This document shows positions 21,011 to 32,798 of a DNA stretch of 64,000 nucleotides, piece after piece. Source of the stretch: a virus (lineage: Duplodnaviria > Caudoviricetes); the IMG/VR virus record IMGVR_UViG_3300033121_000719, positions 68,784 through 132,783 of that record; one strand, written 5' to 3'. The notes beneath the pieces were generated by a model, which ran no database searches, was not told the origin of the DNA, and saw nothing but the letters and a program-made list of their open reading frames with translations. The position numbers and the translations under genes are program-made. Positions within the stretch are counted from its first letter, which is position 1. Each line of letters starts with the position of its first letter.

Positions 21011-21622
21011 TCAATGATTTGTCAAGCAAAATTCATATCTTGCTTTCATCCACTCATAATCAACTATTCTATTCTCAATATTAGAGAATGAAGCTCTCTG
21101 TATTGCTACTAGAGGAATTGTTATATAGCAATTGTTATTAGGGACTACTTCATATCCATATAGCAAATCAATGTGTGAATAAAAATTCTCAATCATTGGA
21201 ATAAGTTTTCCTAAAAATTTTGCTGACACTCCATATGCGTGAGTTGCTTGAGCGTGTGTCAATTTTCCAACATGAGGTGAGACTTTGTGAATTTTGTTAC
21301 AGATGTTTGCACCAAGATAAAACATATCAAAGTTTGGGTCAAGTTCAGTTAGTGCTTGACTTATGGTGTTTTCATAATCTTCGTCAATAAATAATACATC
21401 ATCTTCAAAGATAAAAACATTTTCCTGTCTTTCTTGCGCCTCTCTGAGAATTGCTAAATGTGACATCAAGCATCCTCTAACTGGATTAATGTCTTTGAAA
21501 GCGTCAAACCTATCACATTTTATACCAACTCTACCAAGTTCTGTTTGTGCATCATGCCACCTGTCTTTTCTATCTAATAGATTTACGCATGTTACCATTG
21601 GAAAAAAGTCATTTAAGTTCAT
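21011..21622 (-). CDS. Glycosyltransferase family 25-like
   Basis: VNLLDRKDR, GCLMSH, IFEDDV, THAY. Confidence 0.75.
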   Translation of the reverse strand: MNLNDFFPMVTCVNLLDRKDRWHDAQTELGRVGIKCDRFDAFKDINPVRGCLMSHLAILREAQERQENVFIFEDDVLFIDEDYENTISQALTELDPNFDMFYLGANICNKIHKVSPHVGKLTHAQATHAYGVSAKFLGKLIPMIENFYSHIDLLYGYEVVPNNNCYITIPLVAIQRASFSNIENRIVDYEWMKARYEFCLTNH

Positions 21623-22509
21623 GCTAAAATCATCCCTTCAAATTCACTTTGATTATCAACTAAATATTTTGGATGGGTTTCATAAGAGATTGGGACTTTT
21701 GTAAATGTAGATGGTCTTCCAAACAAGTCTGATCCAACAGATAAACAATTATCAATCTTTCTTTTTATTCCGTCTTTAACCCAATCTTGATTGAGAGATT
21801 GTTCACCCCAAGATTCTATTTTTAGTTTTACATTTGAATACCCACCCATGTATGAAAAATGCCATCCAGCGTTTTGAATAAACTCACCCTCTTTAAAATT
21901 TCTCATTACACAGAATGAATTTTTTCTAAACGTTTTAAATCTCATAAGCATATTTCCATACCACCTTTCATTCTTTAGAACATTCAAATAATACCAATAA
22001 AAATCATGTTGTAAGTGATATACTGTATTCGTATTGCTTGAGCAAATAAGTTCACCAATGATTTCATTTCTTGGAATCTCATCACAGTCTCCTAATATGA
22101 CAATATCATCATCATTTACACCAGCATTTATTAATGGTCGTATCAAAATCTCTTTTTCAAAAGAATCGTTTCCGTATGATAATACATTTTTATCCCAATG
22201 CGTTTGAGCTTTTAGCTTATCTATAACAAGATTATATGAAGTATCTCTTTGAGAATACTTCAAATCTGTATATTCAATAGGAGTATCAAATACTGTTTGA
22301 TATATGATTTTATTCTTATATTTTTTGAATAAATGTTCGTTTGATACAAAATTGAATGGCTTTTGTTTTCCACTATGAGTGAAACACGATTCACTAATCA
22401 CAAAATAATCTACAACATCATAAAGTTCTTCAATTTTTAATTTCAACAATTCAATTTCATTAAAGAACTGAAAACAACAGTAAACTTTATTGCTCATGCA
22501 ATACTCCAT
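21619..22509 (-). CDS. Glycosyltransferase family 17-like (beta-1,4-GlcNAc transferase)
   Basis: FFNEIELL, VDYFVISES..THSG, DCDEIP, GWHFSY. Confidence 0.8.
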   Translation of the reverse strand: MEYCMSNKVYCCFQFFNEIELLKLKIEELYDVVDYFVISESCFTHSGKQKPFNFVSNEHLFKKYKNKIIYQTVFDTPIEYTDLKYSQRDTSYNLVIDKLKAQTHWDKNVLSYGNDSFEKEILIRPLINAGVNDDDIVILGDCDEIPRNEIIGELICSSNTNTVYHLQHDFYWYYLNVLKNERWYGNMLMRFKTFRKNSFCVMRNFKEGEFIQNAGWHFSYMGGYSNVKLKIESWGEQSLNQDWVKDGIKRKIDNCLSVGSDLFGRPSTFTKVPISYETHPKYLVDNQSEFEGMILA

Positions 22510-23368
22510 CCCTATCTAAAAAGTTGAATTTAAAGGTTTCTATATGGGAACTAGCCCAATGATTTCTGTTATGTTTAGCCCAACCATAAGGTGCTATGGT
22601 ATATTTAGATTTCTCGTTTAACCAAGCTGGTATAATAGCAAAAGAACTGTTGCTCATTATCAAATACTTTGCATTTGCTACACAAAAATAATCAGTTCCA
22701 ATTGAAAAATGATATGTTTTGTATGGAATAATACTACTTGCATATTGGACATCATCTGTTATACAGATAAATTTCATCTTTGGATTTATTCTTTTCATGT
22801 AAGCTATTGAATCATTCCAGTATTTTTGAGAAAGCAAAACATCAGGCATTGAACGATATTCAGAACCACCACGAACATTTATTACACACGTATCATCATC
22901 AAGCTCTATATTTTCTTTTTTCAAAACATCGTTGGATTGTTCAACAAAATCATCTTTGAAAGTTAACCAGTTACGGATATTATTTTTTTCACTTTTAAAA
23001 TATCTTGCATCTTGACAGCATCTTATGAAAAGTTTAGTTTCATCTTTTATGTTCCAAATATCAGGATCATATTCGTGCCAATCAATACTATCACCATCTG
23101 GATGTGTTATGTGCTGATATTTTTCCCTCCATATGTTTTCAACTCCAACTGGAAGTTCATCATATCCGCAGTTATTTTCAATTCCATAATCAATATTTAA
23201 AAAATACAGTTGCTCACTCCCTCCATAATAGTCATATGACGGATGTTTATTGAATCCAAACTGATAGTTATTATGTTCTGCTACCATTCTGGTGACAGTA
23301 TATATAAATAAATTGTTTCCACAGTTTCCAGAAAGTCCAGCGGTTATCATTATTTTCTCTCTTCCCAT
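22487..23368 (-). CDS. Glycosyltransferase family 11-like (fucosyltransferase)
   Basis: GNCGNNLF, INVRGG, ITDD, MSNSSF. Confidence 0.7.
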   Translation of the reverse strand: MGREKIMITAGLSGNCGNNLFIYTVTRMVAEHNNYQFGFNKHPSYDYYGGSEQLYFLNIDYGIENNCGYDELPVGVENIWREKYQHITHPDGDSIDWHEYDPDIWNIKDETKLFIRCCQDARYFKSEKNNIRNWLTFKDDFVEQSNDVLKKENIELDDDTCVINVRGGSEYRSMPDVLLSQKYWNDSIAYMKRINPKMKFICITDDVQYASSIIPYKTYHFSIGTDYFCVANAKYLIMSNSSFAIIPAWLNEKSKYTIAPYGWAKHNRNHWASSHIETFKFNFLDRDGVLHEQ

Positions 23369-24012
23369 TTGTTGGTAAAAATATAGAATAAAGACCTCTC
23401 AACTATATGTGATTCTGATGGTATCCTTGTGTAGTCCACAAAACCCATGATTTTTCTATAAAAATTTCTACTATAAAACAATATATTTTGCTTTGGAACA
23501 ATGTATTGACCACCTGGCGCAAATCTAACCCATTCAGGATATGCAACGTTTTCAAACATAACATCTAAAAACTGATTATAGTTTGAGAAAAACCTGTTTG
23601 TTTCCTGTCCGTGAGTTGATATATGAGAAGAAATATACCAACTGTTATTTATCTCCATATATCCACCATCAAAATCTTTCTTATGTGCAAAAGATTCTGG
23701 AACGTTGTCATATGCTTCTATAGGTGTGAAATCATTTCTGACTATTAGTCTATTGAATACTTCTTCTCTACAGTGGTCAAATGGATTTCCCTCTAAAAAA
23801 GCAATTGTTTCTGGCAATCTATCGTAGTTATTATAGATATAATGACATATATCGTATATGTTATATCCAACATTTGGCACTTTTACAACATGATTGTCAT
23901 ATGGTAAATCATTACTTTTGTCATATATTAAATAATTGTTAGTATATTTTGTTATCCAGTCAATATTGTTTTTCCATTGAGAGATAACAAAAAAGGTATT
24001 TGTTTTACACAT
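23350..24012 (-). CDS. DUF3431-like protein
   Basis: PNVG, YIYNNYDRLP, FLEGNPFDH, FAPGGQYIV, HIVER. Confidence 0.65.
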   Translation of the reverse strand: MCKTNTFFVISQWKNNIDWITKYTNNYLIYDKSNDLPYDNHVVKVPNVGYNIYDICHYIYNNYDRLPETIAFLEGNPFDHCREEVFNRLIVRNDFTPIEAYDNVPESFAHKKDFDGGYMEINNSWYISSHISTHGQETNRFFSNYNQFLDVMFENVAYPEWVRFAPGGQYIVPKQNILFYSRNFYRKIMGFVDYTRIPSESHIVERSLFYIFTNKWEERK

Positions 24013-24299
24013 TTTTCTCCATCATCAACATCCTGTTGTTATCTATTTCATATTCATTTACACTAAAAATATTAGAAATGTTATCTCGCATCATTTTATA
24101 AAAATCACTGTGTCCAGCACAGTGCATCGTGTTATAGGCTAGATATGCAAACCTTACAGAATTCCATACAGTATTAAACAGTACTTGTCTATATGCCAAA
24201 TCCCAACCTTGAGAAACAAGTGGGCTTGCTAATCTTGTTAGATATTCAACGATTTTTTGAACTTGATCTGCATCAAAATCCATTTTATTTTATCCTTTT

Positions 24300-24950
24300 T
24301 TATTCTTTATAAGGCCATACTGGAAGATTTCTATGATAACCAAATGGGATAACATTTAAATTTTCAGCCATTGGTGTTTCGTATGAAAATTCAACAGCCA
24401 CAGTTAATGGTGCATATTTTATCCCATTTTTTAAAAACTCTGACTTCCAATAGCAACAAATATTACCATCCTCATTATAATATCCTTGTTCTTCTTTTAG
24501 ATAATATCCCATTCTTGACGGGAGTTCCATAAGTTTTCGTGATCTTAAACTAAAACCACCATTACCAACCCTTGATCTTGTTCCGTCATTAGCCATATAA
24601 GAGTTTGGAACTACAGGCCAAGGACTTCCAATATAATCAAAATATAACCAGTTATCATCCCACTTTTTAGGATTTAATATCCTTGCGTGATCTTGAACTG
24701 TCAAACAATGTGATGTATCAACATATTTATATAAACTAAGAAACATAAAGTTGTTGTATACATTTATGTTTGTTATGTTTTCACATTCACAAAACTCAAT
24801 TTTATCAGGTAAGTTATCTGGTTTTTTATTTGACAATAATTTGATCGCACCAAATTGAATAGATTCTGAACATTCAAGTAATGATAGAATAGTATTATTG
24901 ATTCTTTCAGTACAATCAACAGCTATTAATGTAACATTAGTAGATTCCAT
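24300..24950 (-). CDS. DUF5672-like glycosyltransferase-associated protein
   Basis: DYIGSPW, VGNGGFSLRS, ED, FSYE, PFGYH. Confidence 0.7.
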   Translation of the reverse strand: MESTNVTLIAVDCTERINNTILSLLECSESIQFGAIKLLSNKKPDNLPDKIEFCECENITNINVYNNFMFLSLYKYVDTSHCLTVQDHARILNPKKWDDNWLYFDYIGSPWPVVPNSYMANDGTRSRVGNGGFSLRSRKLMELPSRMGYYLKEEQGYYNEDGNICCYWKSEFLKNGIKYAPLTVAVEFSYETPMAENLNVIPFGYHRNLPVWPYKE

Positions 24951-25632
24951 GTTTTCCTAGTATATAATTGTTTTCTTTTTGTATAAGCTCTGGCGTTATT
25001 TTTGAGGAAATTGATTCTCCCCATAGATAATTTATAACAGTCGCATCCTTTCCAATAAAAGGATTTCCATATTTTTTATATAAATAATAGTACCAATCGC
25101 AATCATAGGCGTAATTTAGATTTTTATCCATTCCAGGAATATCATTTGTGTTTTTTATTGTAATACAACTAGGAGTTCCTATTGTGTTTGCAATCATAAT
25201 ACTTGGATTCATATATGGAATATGAAGATTGTATGTTGATTTTCTGTCGTTACTATGAAAATATGGGTGAGCATACCACACTCTATTGTTATTATATAAA
25301 TCTAGGTTGATATAAAACAATGAATAATCATTGTATAAATAGTCGTCCTGACATAATATTTTTATATATTCTCCTGTTGACAACTTGATTGCATTTGTTG
25401 TGTTAGCTGAAGGATTTCCAATATCTTGAGTATTTCTAAAATATTTTATGTAAAGTCTATCATCCCATTTTTTACATAGATTCATAATTTCATTATCTTG
25501 GCTGTGGTCTGATATTACAACGTCAAAATCTCTGAATACTTGAGTATTCATCTTACAGAATGAATACTCAAGAACCTCAGCACCTTTGCCATGATATTCA
25601 TAAGTTGGAATTGCTATTGATATTTTTGTCAT
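24937..25632 (-). CDS. Glycosyltransferase family 2
   Basis: ISIAIPTY, VVISDHS, ILCQDD; start MTKIS overlaps the upstream stop. Confidence 0.75.
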   Translation of the reverse strand: MTKISIAIPTYEYHGKGAEVLEYSFCKMNTQVFRDFDVVISDHSQDNEIMNLCKKWDDRLYIKYFRNTQDIGNPSANTTNAIKLSTGEYIKILCQDDYLYNDYSLFYINLDLYNNNRVWYAHPYFHSNDRKSTYNLHIPYMNPSIMIANTIGTPSCITIKNTNDIPGMDKNLNYAYDCDWYYYLYKKYGNPFIGKDATVINYLWGESISSKITPELIQKENNYILGKHGIY

Positions 25633-26345
25633 TCTTTTCTTTTCTCCATTAGAAAGTTTTTCATCTTTGAACAATCCATGCTTACATTTGTTGGCATTGT
25701 GTCATCAATTTTTCCATCAGTTGGTTTTACATTAGGATTTGTTTTTATGGCAAGCTCGTAGACACTTTTTAATTCTGTTCCAACATTATATACACCAACA
25801 GCATTGTTCTTAATTAACTCTACTATTAGTCTTGCTATTACGTCAATTGAATCAAAATTTCCTACTTGGCTTGTTATACCAAAAGCATAGGGAAATGGAT
25901 TTGGTTTGAAGGAAGTTCTAATCAGTAAATAGTTTTTCATTCTTGCTTGCACGTAAGCATCACCCAATAATTTCGTATAACTATAAAAGTTGCGGGCATG
26001 TACTGGAACGTCTTCTTCAGTGGCATTATCTACTGACCCACCATAAATATAGTCCGTACTTATGTGAACAAGTTTTTTGCCAAGCATAAAACAACTGTCT
26101 ACCAAGTCCATAACTCCAAGATAGTTCACATCCCAATGGAGTTCTTTTTCTTTTGAATATGTTGATGTGTTTGCAATACAATTCAAGATAGTATTATATC
26201 TTCCAACATAGTTTATATATGTTTCAGGATTTCTAATATCAATCCCGTTATTCTTTCTGCTTACCATCCCCCAATTGGTGAGCGTTTTTATTTCTGTAGC
26301 AAGTCTTCCGTCACCTAAAATTAAAACATCATCGTACATTCTCAT
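25629..26345 (-). CDS. rmlD: dTDP-4-dehydrorhamnose reductase-like (RmlD)
   Basis: ILGDGRL, HISTDYIY, YSYTKLLGD, LLIRTS. Confidence 0.75.
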   Translation of the reverse strand: MRMYDDVLILGDGRLATEIKTLTNWGMVSRKNNGIDIRNPETYINYVGRYNTILNCIANTSTYSKEKELHWDVNYLGVMDLVDSCFMLGKKLVHISTDYIYGGSVDNATEEDVPVHARNFYSYTKLLGDAYVQARMKNYLLIRTSFKPNPFPYAFGITSQVGNFDSIDVIARLIVELIKNNAVGVYNVGTELKSVYELAIKTNPNVKPTDGKIDDTMPTNVSMDCSKMKNFLMEKRKE

Positions 26346-27642
26346 ATCCTTTTAAAACATCTTCAACATAATTGAAAATATCATCATCATATAGAGGCGA
26401 AGCACCAATAAAGAACACGTGGTCTAAGACTTTATTTGCCTCTGGATATTCTCTAAAATCTCCTAAATGAGCAAACCCCTTGTGCATAAGAATATTGCCT
26501 GCAAAATAATGTCTTGTCTGAATAAGGTTTGTTTCAAGATAACTTAATAGTTTATGTTTTTGTTCAGAGTTGTTACATACAATAGGTGTTCCAAACCAAG
26601 ATGTTTCAGCACCGCCAATTTCGCTTGGAATATGGACATTGGTTACATATTTTAAAATTAAATTAGACAAAACCTTCTTGCTCTTTTTACGATTTTCATG
26701 TATGCTGTCTATTTTATTTAGTTGTTCCAAACCAATAGCACCCTGCAAATCCAATGGTTGCAAATTATATCCCATTCCAGTAAATACGTATTTATGGTCA
26801 ACCACACCATCATAGTTTTCAATCCATTTATCAAAACGATGTTTGCAAATCCCATCTGGAAGTAAGTTTTCAGTACCAGAACATACACAACCTCTTGCCC
26901 AAGTGCTATAATTTCTTGCATAGTTAATAATGTTTCTGTTATCTGAGATAACCATTCCACCATGAATGGTGGAAATATGATGAGCCGCATAGAAACTGTT
27001 GCTTGAAGCTACTGCATATTCATTTAGGTATTTACCCCTCCACTTGCTTCCAAGACTATCACAGTTATCAAGGATCAATTTAAGACCATGTTTTTCACAT
27101 AAAAACAGGATTTTATCAAAGTCAGGAGGATTCCCTAACACTGGTGAAACAAAAATTGCCTTAGTTTTTGACGTTATTTTTTCCTCAATTTTATCTAAAT
27201 TGAAATTCAGTGTATCCATTTCAATATCTACGAACACTGGAACTAAGCCATTTTGAGGAACAACTGATATTGTAGTTGGAAAACCAACAACTGAAACAAT
27301 AATTTCAGAGCCGTCTTGCCATTCAAAAAATTTCTTCAATGCCGCTATCATAACAAGGTTTGCACTTGACCCTGAATTTACCATAACTCCAAAAAGATTA
27401 TTCACTTTCTTGGCAAACTCAAATTCAAACTTCTGTACGTTTTCACCTGATGCCAGCCATTTTCCAATCAATAGCGTTCTAATTGCGGCAACAACTTCAT
27501 CTTCATCCCAAATTGGCCCACTATAATAAATTGGTGTTTTATGTGGGACAAATTTTCTTCTGCTGTTATACACATATGGCATAACATTGTATTCGCTACT
27601 TATTTTTTCTATCAAGTTTTTTATTTCTAAGTCTATATCCAA
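26329..27642 (-). CDS. rfbH: DegT/DnrJ-family NDP-4-keto-6-deoxyhexose 3-dehydratase (RfbH/E1-like)
   Basis: VNSGSSANL, DNCDSLG, SFYAAHH (His at the usual Lys position), GCVC...C cluster, DHKY, GYNL. Confidence 0.8.
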   Translation of the reverse strand: MDIDLEIKNLIEKISSEYNVMPYVYNSRRKFVPHKTPIYYSGPIWDEDEVVAAIRTLLIGKWLASGENVQKFEFEFAKKVNNLFGVMVNSGSSANLVMIAALKKFFEWQDGSEIIVSVVGFPTTISVVPQNGLVPVFVDIEMDTLNFNLDKIEEKITSKTKAIFVSPVLGNPPDFDKILFLCEKHGLKLILDNCDSLGSKWRGKYLNEYAVASSNSFYAAHHISTIHGGMVISDNRNIINYARNYSTWARGCVCSGTENLLPDGICKHRFDKWIENYDGVVDHKYVFTGMGYNLQPLDLQGAIGLEQLNKIDSIHENRKKSKKVLSNLILKYVTNVHIPSEIGGAETSWFGTPIVCNNSEQKHKLLSYLETNLIQTRHYFAGNILMHKGFAHLGDFREYPEANKVLDHVFFIGASPLYDDDIFNYVEDVLKGYENVR

Positions 27643-28285
27643 TTTATCCTCCTATACCGTAAAAAAAACTGGACTTATTCTGGAAGGTTTTGAGTCGCGA
27701 TATTTAAGTATATTGTTATCATAGTATTTGTCATTCAACTCCTTCAATGAATTAACTCCTTCTTCTTGTAAGGAAGAAACAGAACTGTGAATGGTAGTCC
27801 ATTCAAGACGTGTTTTTTCAATTTTACAAGAAGGACAGGTTAGCACATCGTCTTGAATATTTGAGATCAACAACAACGCGTCTCTGTTATTTGCTTCATC
27901 TTCACAGATTTGACATGGATTTGATTCACACCCAAGAAATACTTTTGCACCACAATTTGGACACTTCATACCACAGCCTCCAAATTGATCTCAGCACAAT
28001 CAACAACCTCAATCTTGTTCTCTATCCAATCATTGATTATTTTTTCTCCGTCATTAAATCTATCTCGCACATACGATCTGATTCTTTCTTTTAATATAGC
28101 GTTGTCTTGTATGTCTGAGAATTTTTTAGATACATAAAAAACTGCGTTGTTATCGTCATATACGATATAAAAAAGATAACTCCTAACTTTTATATTAAAG
28201 GTGTTTATTCTGTGCAAATCTTCTTTGAGCATAGTATACGCTGATACTGAATTGTATCCATCATAAAAAAACAATGCGTAAACTT

Positions 28286-28876
28286 TCATATATCTTTCCT
28301 CATTTCTTTAGTTATAGTAGTGAAGGTTAGTTGGCTTGGAAGATTAAACTTATATGTCAACCAAAAAGAATGAAAATAACTTGAGTGACCAGTATCTTCA
28401 GTAAGCCCTGTTGGTGTAATATAGTTAATTCTTGAATCTGGAACAAGACCCTGACATCCACTTTGAAAAGCAATTGACATCCATTTTGTCATGGCAAATG
28501 GAATTAAAAATGCAAATGGAATGTCTAAATCAATTGCGTGTTTTACAAAATCATCTTTCAATGAAAAAGGTGGGTTTGTTATTATACAATCAACATCAAT
28601 CCCATCTGGACAAGAATTATATTCAAGAAAACTTTTTACTTCATCAGTATACCCTTTATCAATAATATCAGAACAAAAAACGCTATATTTTTTTGGACAT
28701 TCTTCTAATACTGTTGATATTTTACCAAATCCTGATGCACACTCCCAAACAATGCTGAATCTATTTGGTATATATGGCAATAATAATTTTGTTGCATAGT
28801 TTGGTGTTTGAAAAAAATCTCTAGGTTGAAACTCTGTGCTTTTACTCTGTGTTTTTTGTGGAACTTTTCTGCTCAT
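28286..28876 (-). CDS. N6-adenine DNA methyltransferase
   Basis: DFFQTP, WECASGFG, IITNPPFS. Confidence 0.75.
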   Translation of the reverse strand: MSRKVPQKTQSKSTEFQPRDFFQTPNYATKLLLPYIPNRFSIVWECASGFGKISTVLEECPKKYSVFCSDIIDKGYTDEVKSFLEYNSCPDGIDVDCIITNPPFSLKDDFVKHAIDLDIPFAFLIPFAMTKWMSIAFQSGCQGLVPDSRINYITPTGLTEDTGHSSYFHSFWLTYKFNLPSQLTFTTITKEMRKDI

Positions 28877-29741
28877 ATTGCATCCTCATCACTATTGATT
28901 TCACTGTATAAAATCTCCATAATCAATGTCCTCATCTTTCTGACTCCAGTTTTTTTCGTCAAGTGTTTTTGATTCTTTGTCCCAATAGTCACTCCACATC
29001 ATATCCAATTCTTTTAGACTTATAAAAACTTTGTTAAAACTACGACTCAAAAATCCTCTAAACCACAGCCAAGTAACAAAATCTCCATGATAATAAAAAC
29101 TTACTCCAGCTTTATCAATCTTCATCTTCATTTTTTGATCTACCTTCTCTGTTATACTTTGGTCTTTTGAGTAAAACGATGTCACACTCGTCTACATCAA
29201 CTATAATTCTATATCCTGAATGTGGTGGTATGGATTCATCACTGGTAAACATCAATGGACTCAATGCTACTTTATATTTGTTATTTAGCTTTCCAACGTA
29301 ATAACAATGGTCAATTATTTTCTGACCAGTTTCCAAATCAGTAATTTCTATCGTTGAATATGTTTTTCCATTGATTCTTATACTAACTATATCATTAAAT
29401 AAAAGATTCATAATCCTCCTTATGGCTTATTGATTGAGACAAGAGAAATCTTGTCTCAACTGATAAACTATTTTGACATTTTATTTTTTTGAACAATGTC
29501 AATCAACTGTTCAGATGTATAATCAACTCCGCTAATATTTATCAATGGGATATTGCTATTTATCATTGACGCGTTCATTGGCGACATTATAACAACAAAC
29601 CTGTCGCCAAGTGTTTCTTTAACAAAATTCATAAATTCAGCGCATGTTCTAGGACTTATTGCAAAGTCATCTTGAATATTGCTGTCGTTATGCGGTATTT
29701 GTAAGTGAACAATGCCATAAATCTTTTTTGGTCTAGCCATA

Positions 29742-30824
29742 TTAATCCTTTTCATTCAGCAAGAATTTATTGCTTATGATCTTGAAACTAATTCCAAGAT
29801 CATAATTTCTACAAACAACGCCTTCTCTTTCTGTTGGAAATATCTTTGATTGTCCTTCTGCAATTTTCAAAATGTCATTGATTTCAGATGGAATTTGTAA
29901 ATTATCTGCAAGAATAGGCACAGTATCTAACCCAAAACTTTCAACCGTTTGACGCATTAGTTTATTATCAGCCTGACCATAAGGATATTTCAAATTGAAA
30001 ACAAACAGTTTATATCCGTCAATATGATATTTATTTCCTTGAATACCATCTCCTGCAATTTCTCCTTGCAAGACAATGAAGTTATTGTTTCCAATTAGCT
30101 GGTTTAGAATCTTCTCAATGTTATATTGTTTTGCAACCTTCCACCAAGAACTGTTATCAGGTTTTGAGAGTCTTAAATTTCTTGAACAAACACCAAATTC
30201 ATACTTGTTCCAGAACATCCACTTTGGGTTCCTTATCAAAAAATATGATACGCTTTGTCCATCAATTTTTTCAGTTACCTGATACTCATAGTCCTTCCCC
30301 CATAACTTTGGGAGATTTTGGATTCTTTCCTCATCAGTTTTACTGAAAAAAGATGGGAATCTTCCAGATTTCTTTTTAAAAAAGAGATTTCTAGTAATTG
30401 ACCAGCGTTTTAGAATTTTGATATACCATTTATCTTTGTCGCATAGCTCTAACGTTCTATCAATTTCAGCTTGTTCAGATGGAGTCAAATATTTTTTTAC
30501 ACCAATTATATCAGTAACATCTTGACCTTCTTCATATTCAGCTTGAGGTAAATATGATATAGGCAACAAGAGTCCTTGAGATAATTGTTTTCGTAGCTTG
30601 ATTGTTTTGATTCTATAATGACGCTCTTTCAAAAAATCAAACTCAGGCTTGATTGGCATTATGCTGTCAATTTCACAATAAACAGCAAGATCACCAATTT
30701 TCATTTCTCCTTTTTTGACAACAACTTGCCATCCTAAAACAAAGGCAAGCTCAATACTATCAGCACCATCAATGGGTTGAATATCTTTAACTCTCTCAAT
30801 GTGAGCCAACACTCTATCACTCAT
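29742..30824 (-). CDS. RNA ligase (Rnl2-related, DRB0094-like, N-terminal OB domain)
   Basis: IQPIDGADSIE, KTDEERIQN, motif I TEKIDG, QGEI, TEREGVV, FKIIS. Confidence 0.85.
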   Translation of the reverse strand: MSDRVLAHIERVKDIQPIDGADSIELAFVLGWQVVVKKGEMKIGDLAVYCEIDSIMPIKPEFDFLKERHYRIKTIKLRKQLSQGLLLPISYLPQAEYEEGQDVTDIIGVKKYLTPSEQAEIDRTLELCDKDKWYIKILKRWSITRNLFFKKKSGRFPSFFSKTDEERIQNLPKLWGKDYEYQVTEKIDGQSVSYFLIRNPKWMFWNKYEFGVCSRNLRLSKPDNSSWWKVAKQYNIEKILNQLIGNNNFIVLQGEIAGDGIQGNKYHIDGYKLFVFNLKYPYGQADNKLMRQTVESFGLDTVPILADNLQIPSEINDILKIAEGQSKIFPTEREGVVCRNYDLGISFKIISNKFLLNEKD

Positions 30825-31711
30825 TTTATCCTCCTAATATTTTTAATATTTCTGTACAAATCAAAGAAAAGACACCACAAGAAAAAGAGGCAATACCCAA
30901 AATAAGCAAAATAATAAAAAAAATTATTATAGCATATTCTAATGTACTCTCGCCTTTTAGGTATACTTTTCCATTATTTTTTGTATACAAATTACGCATA
31001 ATGGCTCCCCTCTTGGAAATCTTAAATCACCTATTGGTGTTTCTTGTTTACATTTGCAACATGGAATTGTTGTAGACTCAGCATTTAACTTTTCCTCAAG
31101 TTCTGTTTCATTTTTTACGCCAAACTCTGTAAACAAGTCTCTTATATTTGATGGGAATAATTCATCATCTTTTGACATTTTTATTAATTCCATAAAGACT
31201 GGATTCATAATCTTTTAGCAACATCAATAGTTTCCATCCTAAAAAAGACGTTGCCCATTCTGGTTTTACAAGACCAAATGATGTGACAAGTACAAAACCT
31301 TGAAACAAATAAATCCACCCTAAAACCCAATCCAGAAAAATATACTTAATTTCTGTTTTCATATTTCTACAAACTCTCCTTTTTCAATAAGTGCGATAAT
31401 AATTTCTTGATACAGTGGTTTTATTGCACCATATTTTGAATAGTCACCATTTTCATAAACATCCACGTAATCATATTTCATAATATCAAAATAATTAGAA
31501 TGATGGTCGTAATATCCCATTTCAATTGCTTTTTTCCAATATTGTGATATACAATTTGAGGCAAAAATACACGCCTCATACGCTTTTTCACTATTTTTTT
31601 CTTCTATTTTCAAACATGCTTTTATGCGAAAATATATTGTAATTATCAGAAACGTAATTAATAGTGAAACCATAAACAAGGCAAAAATTTCCATTTTATT
31701 CCTCTGTATTT

Positions 31712-32167
31712 TTAATACATTATTTCTGGAAAAACTGCTTTCCAACAATCTTTCAAATAAGTCCAGTATCCATATTGACCTTTATCTATTTCAGCATAAG
31801 TTACTGCGTCTTCAATTGTGCGTATATTTTGGTCAATGTATGATGTAATTCTACACCATACACCAAACTTACATGCAGTAACCCTGATGCCAAGTCCTTC
31901 TGGAAGTAAACATAAATCAACTCTTTTATCCCCATTTACTTCTCCAACTTTCTCATAGGTCAAATCTGGCCCGTTATTGTTCAAACATTGGTCAACCATT
32001 TGTGGCTGAGTGTTATGTTTTACTTCAGCGTGATCTATTGCAGTATCATTAGTTACTGGAATTACAATTTGTGGTACTTGTGGTTGTGCTAACATTTGAC
32101 AAGCAATAAAAGCAATTACACCTAAAACAATAAGTAACAACAATGGTCTTGAATCTGTTATTGCCAT
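31712..32167 (-). CDS. Secreted/membrane-anchored hypothetical protein
   Basis: N-terminal hydrophobic signal-like segment. Confidence 0.55.
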   Translation of the reverse strand: MAITDSRPLLLLIVLGVIAFIACQMLAQPQVPQIVIPVTNDTAIDHAEVKHNTQPQMVDQCLNNNGPDLTYEKVGEVNGDKRVDLCLLPEGLGIRVTACKFGVWCRITSYIDQNIRTIEDAVTYAEIDKGQYGYWTYLKDCWKAVFPEIMY

Positions 32168-32798
32168 AGTTCCTCCAGTAATCCATTTTTAATATCCCAA
32201 TTTTTTATTTGTGATCTTGCTTCTGCTATTACATCATTCTTAAAAGTTAGACTTCCACCAGCTAAAACACCAACAAAATGAAACGTATACCCTTCAAGAG
32301 TTTTGCTTGCTAAAGACCTGACTTGAGCATCATATATTCCATAAGTCACATACAAAAACAATAAAACAAGTGATTTTTTATAATCAAAGTTCATTTTACA
32401 CCAGTCCCATCATCACTAAAACCCATGCAAAAAAATTGAGAAGAACAAAAAAAAGAAGAACTACCATAACTATTGTAAAAAATCTTTTTACTAATTCCAT
32501 TCTAAACCTCCTTCAAGAATATGTGTTTAAGCCCTCTAAACGGGCATTTTTCAAAAGTTACAATACAAGGTGACTTTTTATACCTCTAGGGAAAAAGTGT
32601 TGTTTTTGATCTGTTATCGCACGTTAAATCAATCTCTCCTGTACTATCGTTTTTATGTTCCCAATATAAAACTTCTTCGCCCTTAAAAATATCAAAAGGG
32701 TCTCTTACTTCTGAATCTTTCATTGTAAAAAAACTTTTACCGCTTATTAGACCGCATTTTTTTGATACCCTATAAAAATACATTTTGTCCACACTCCT

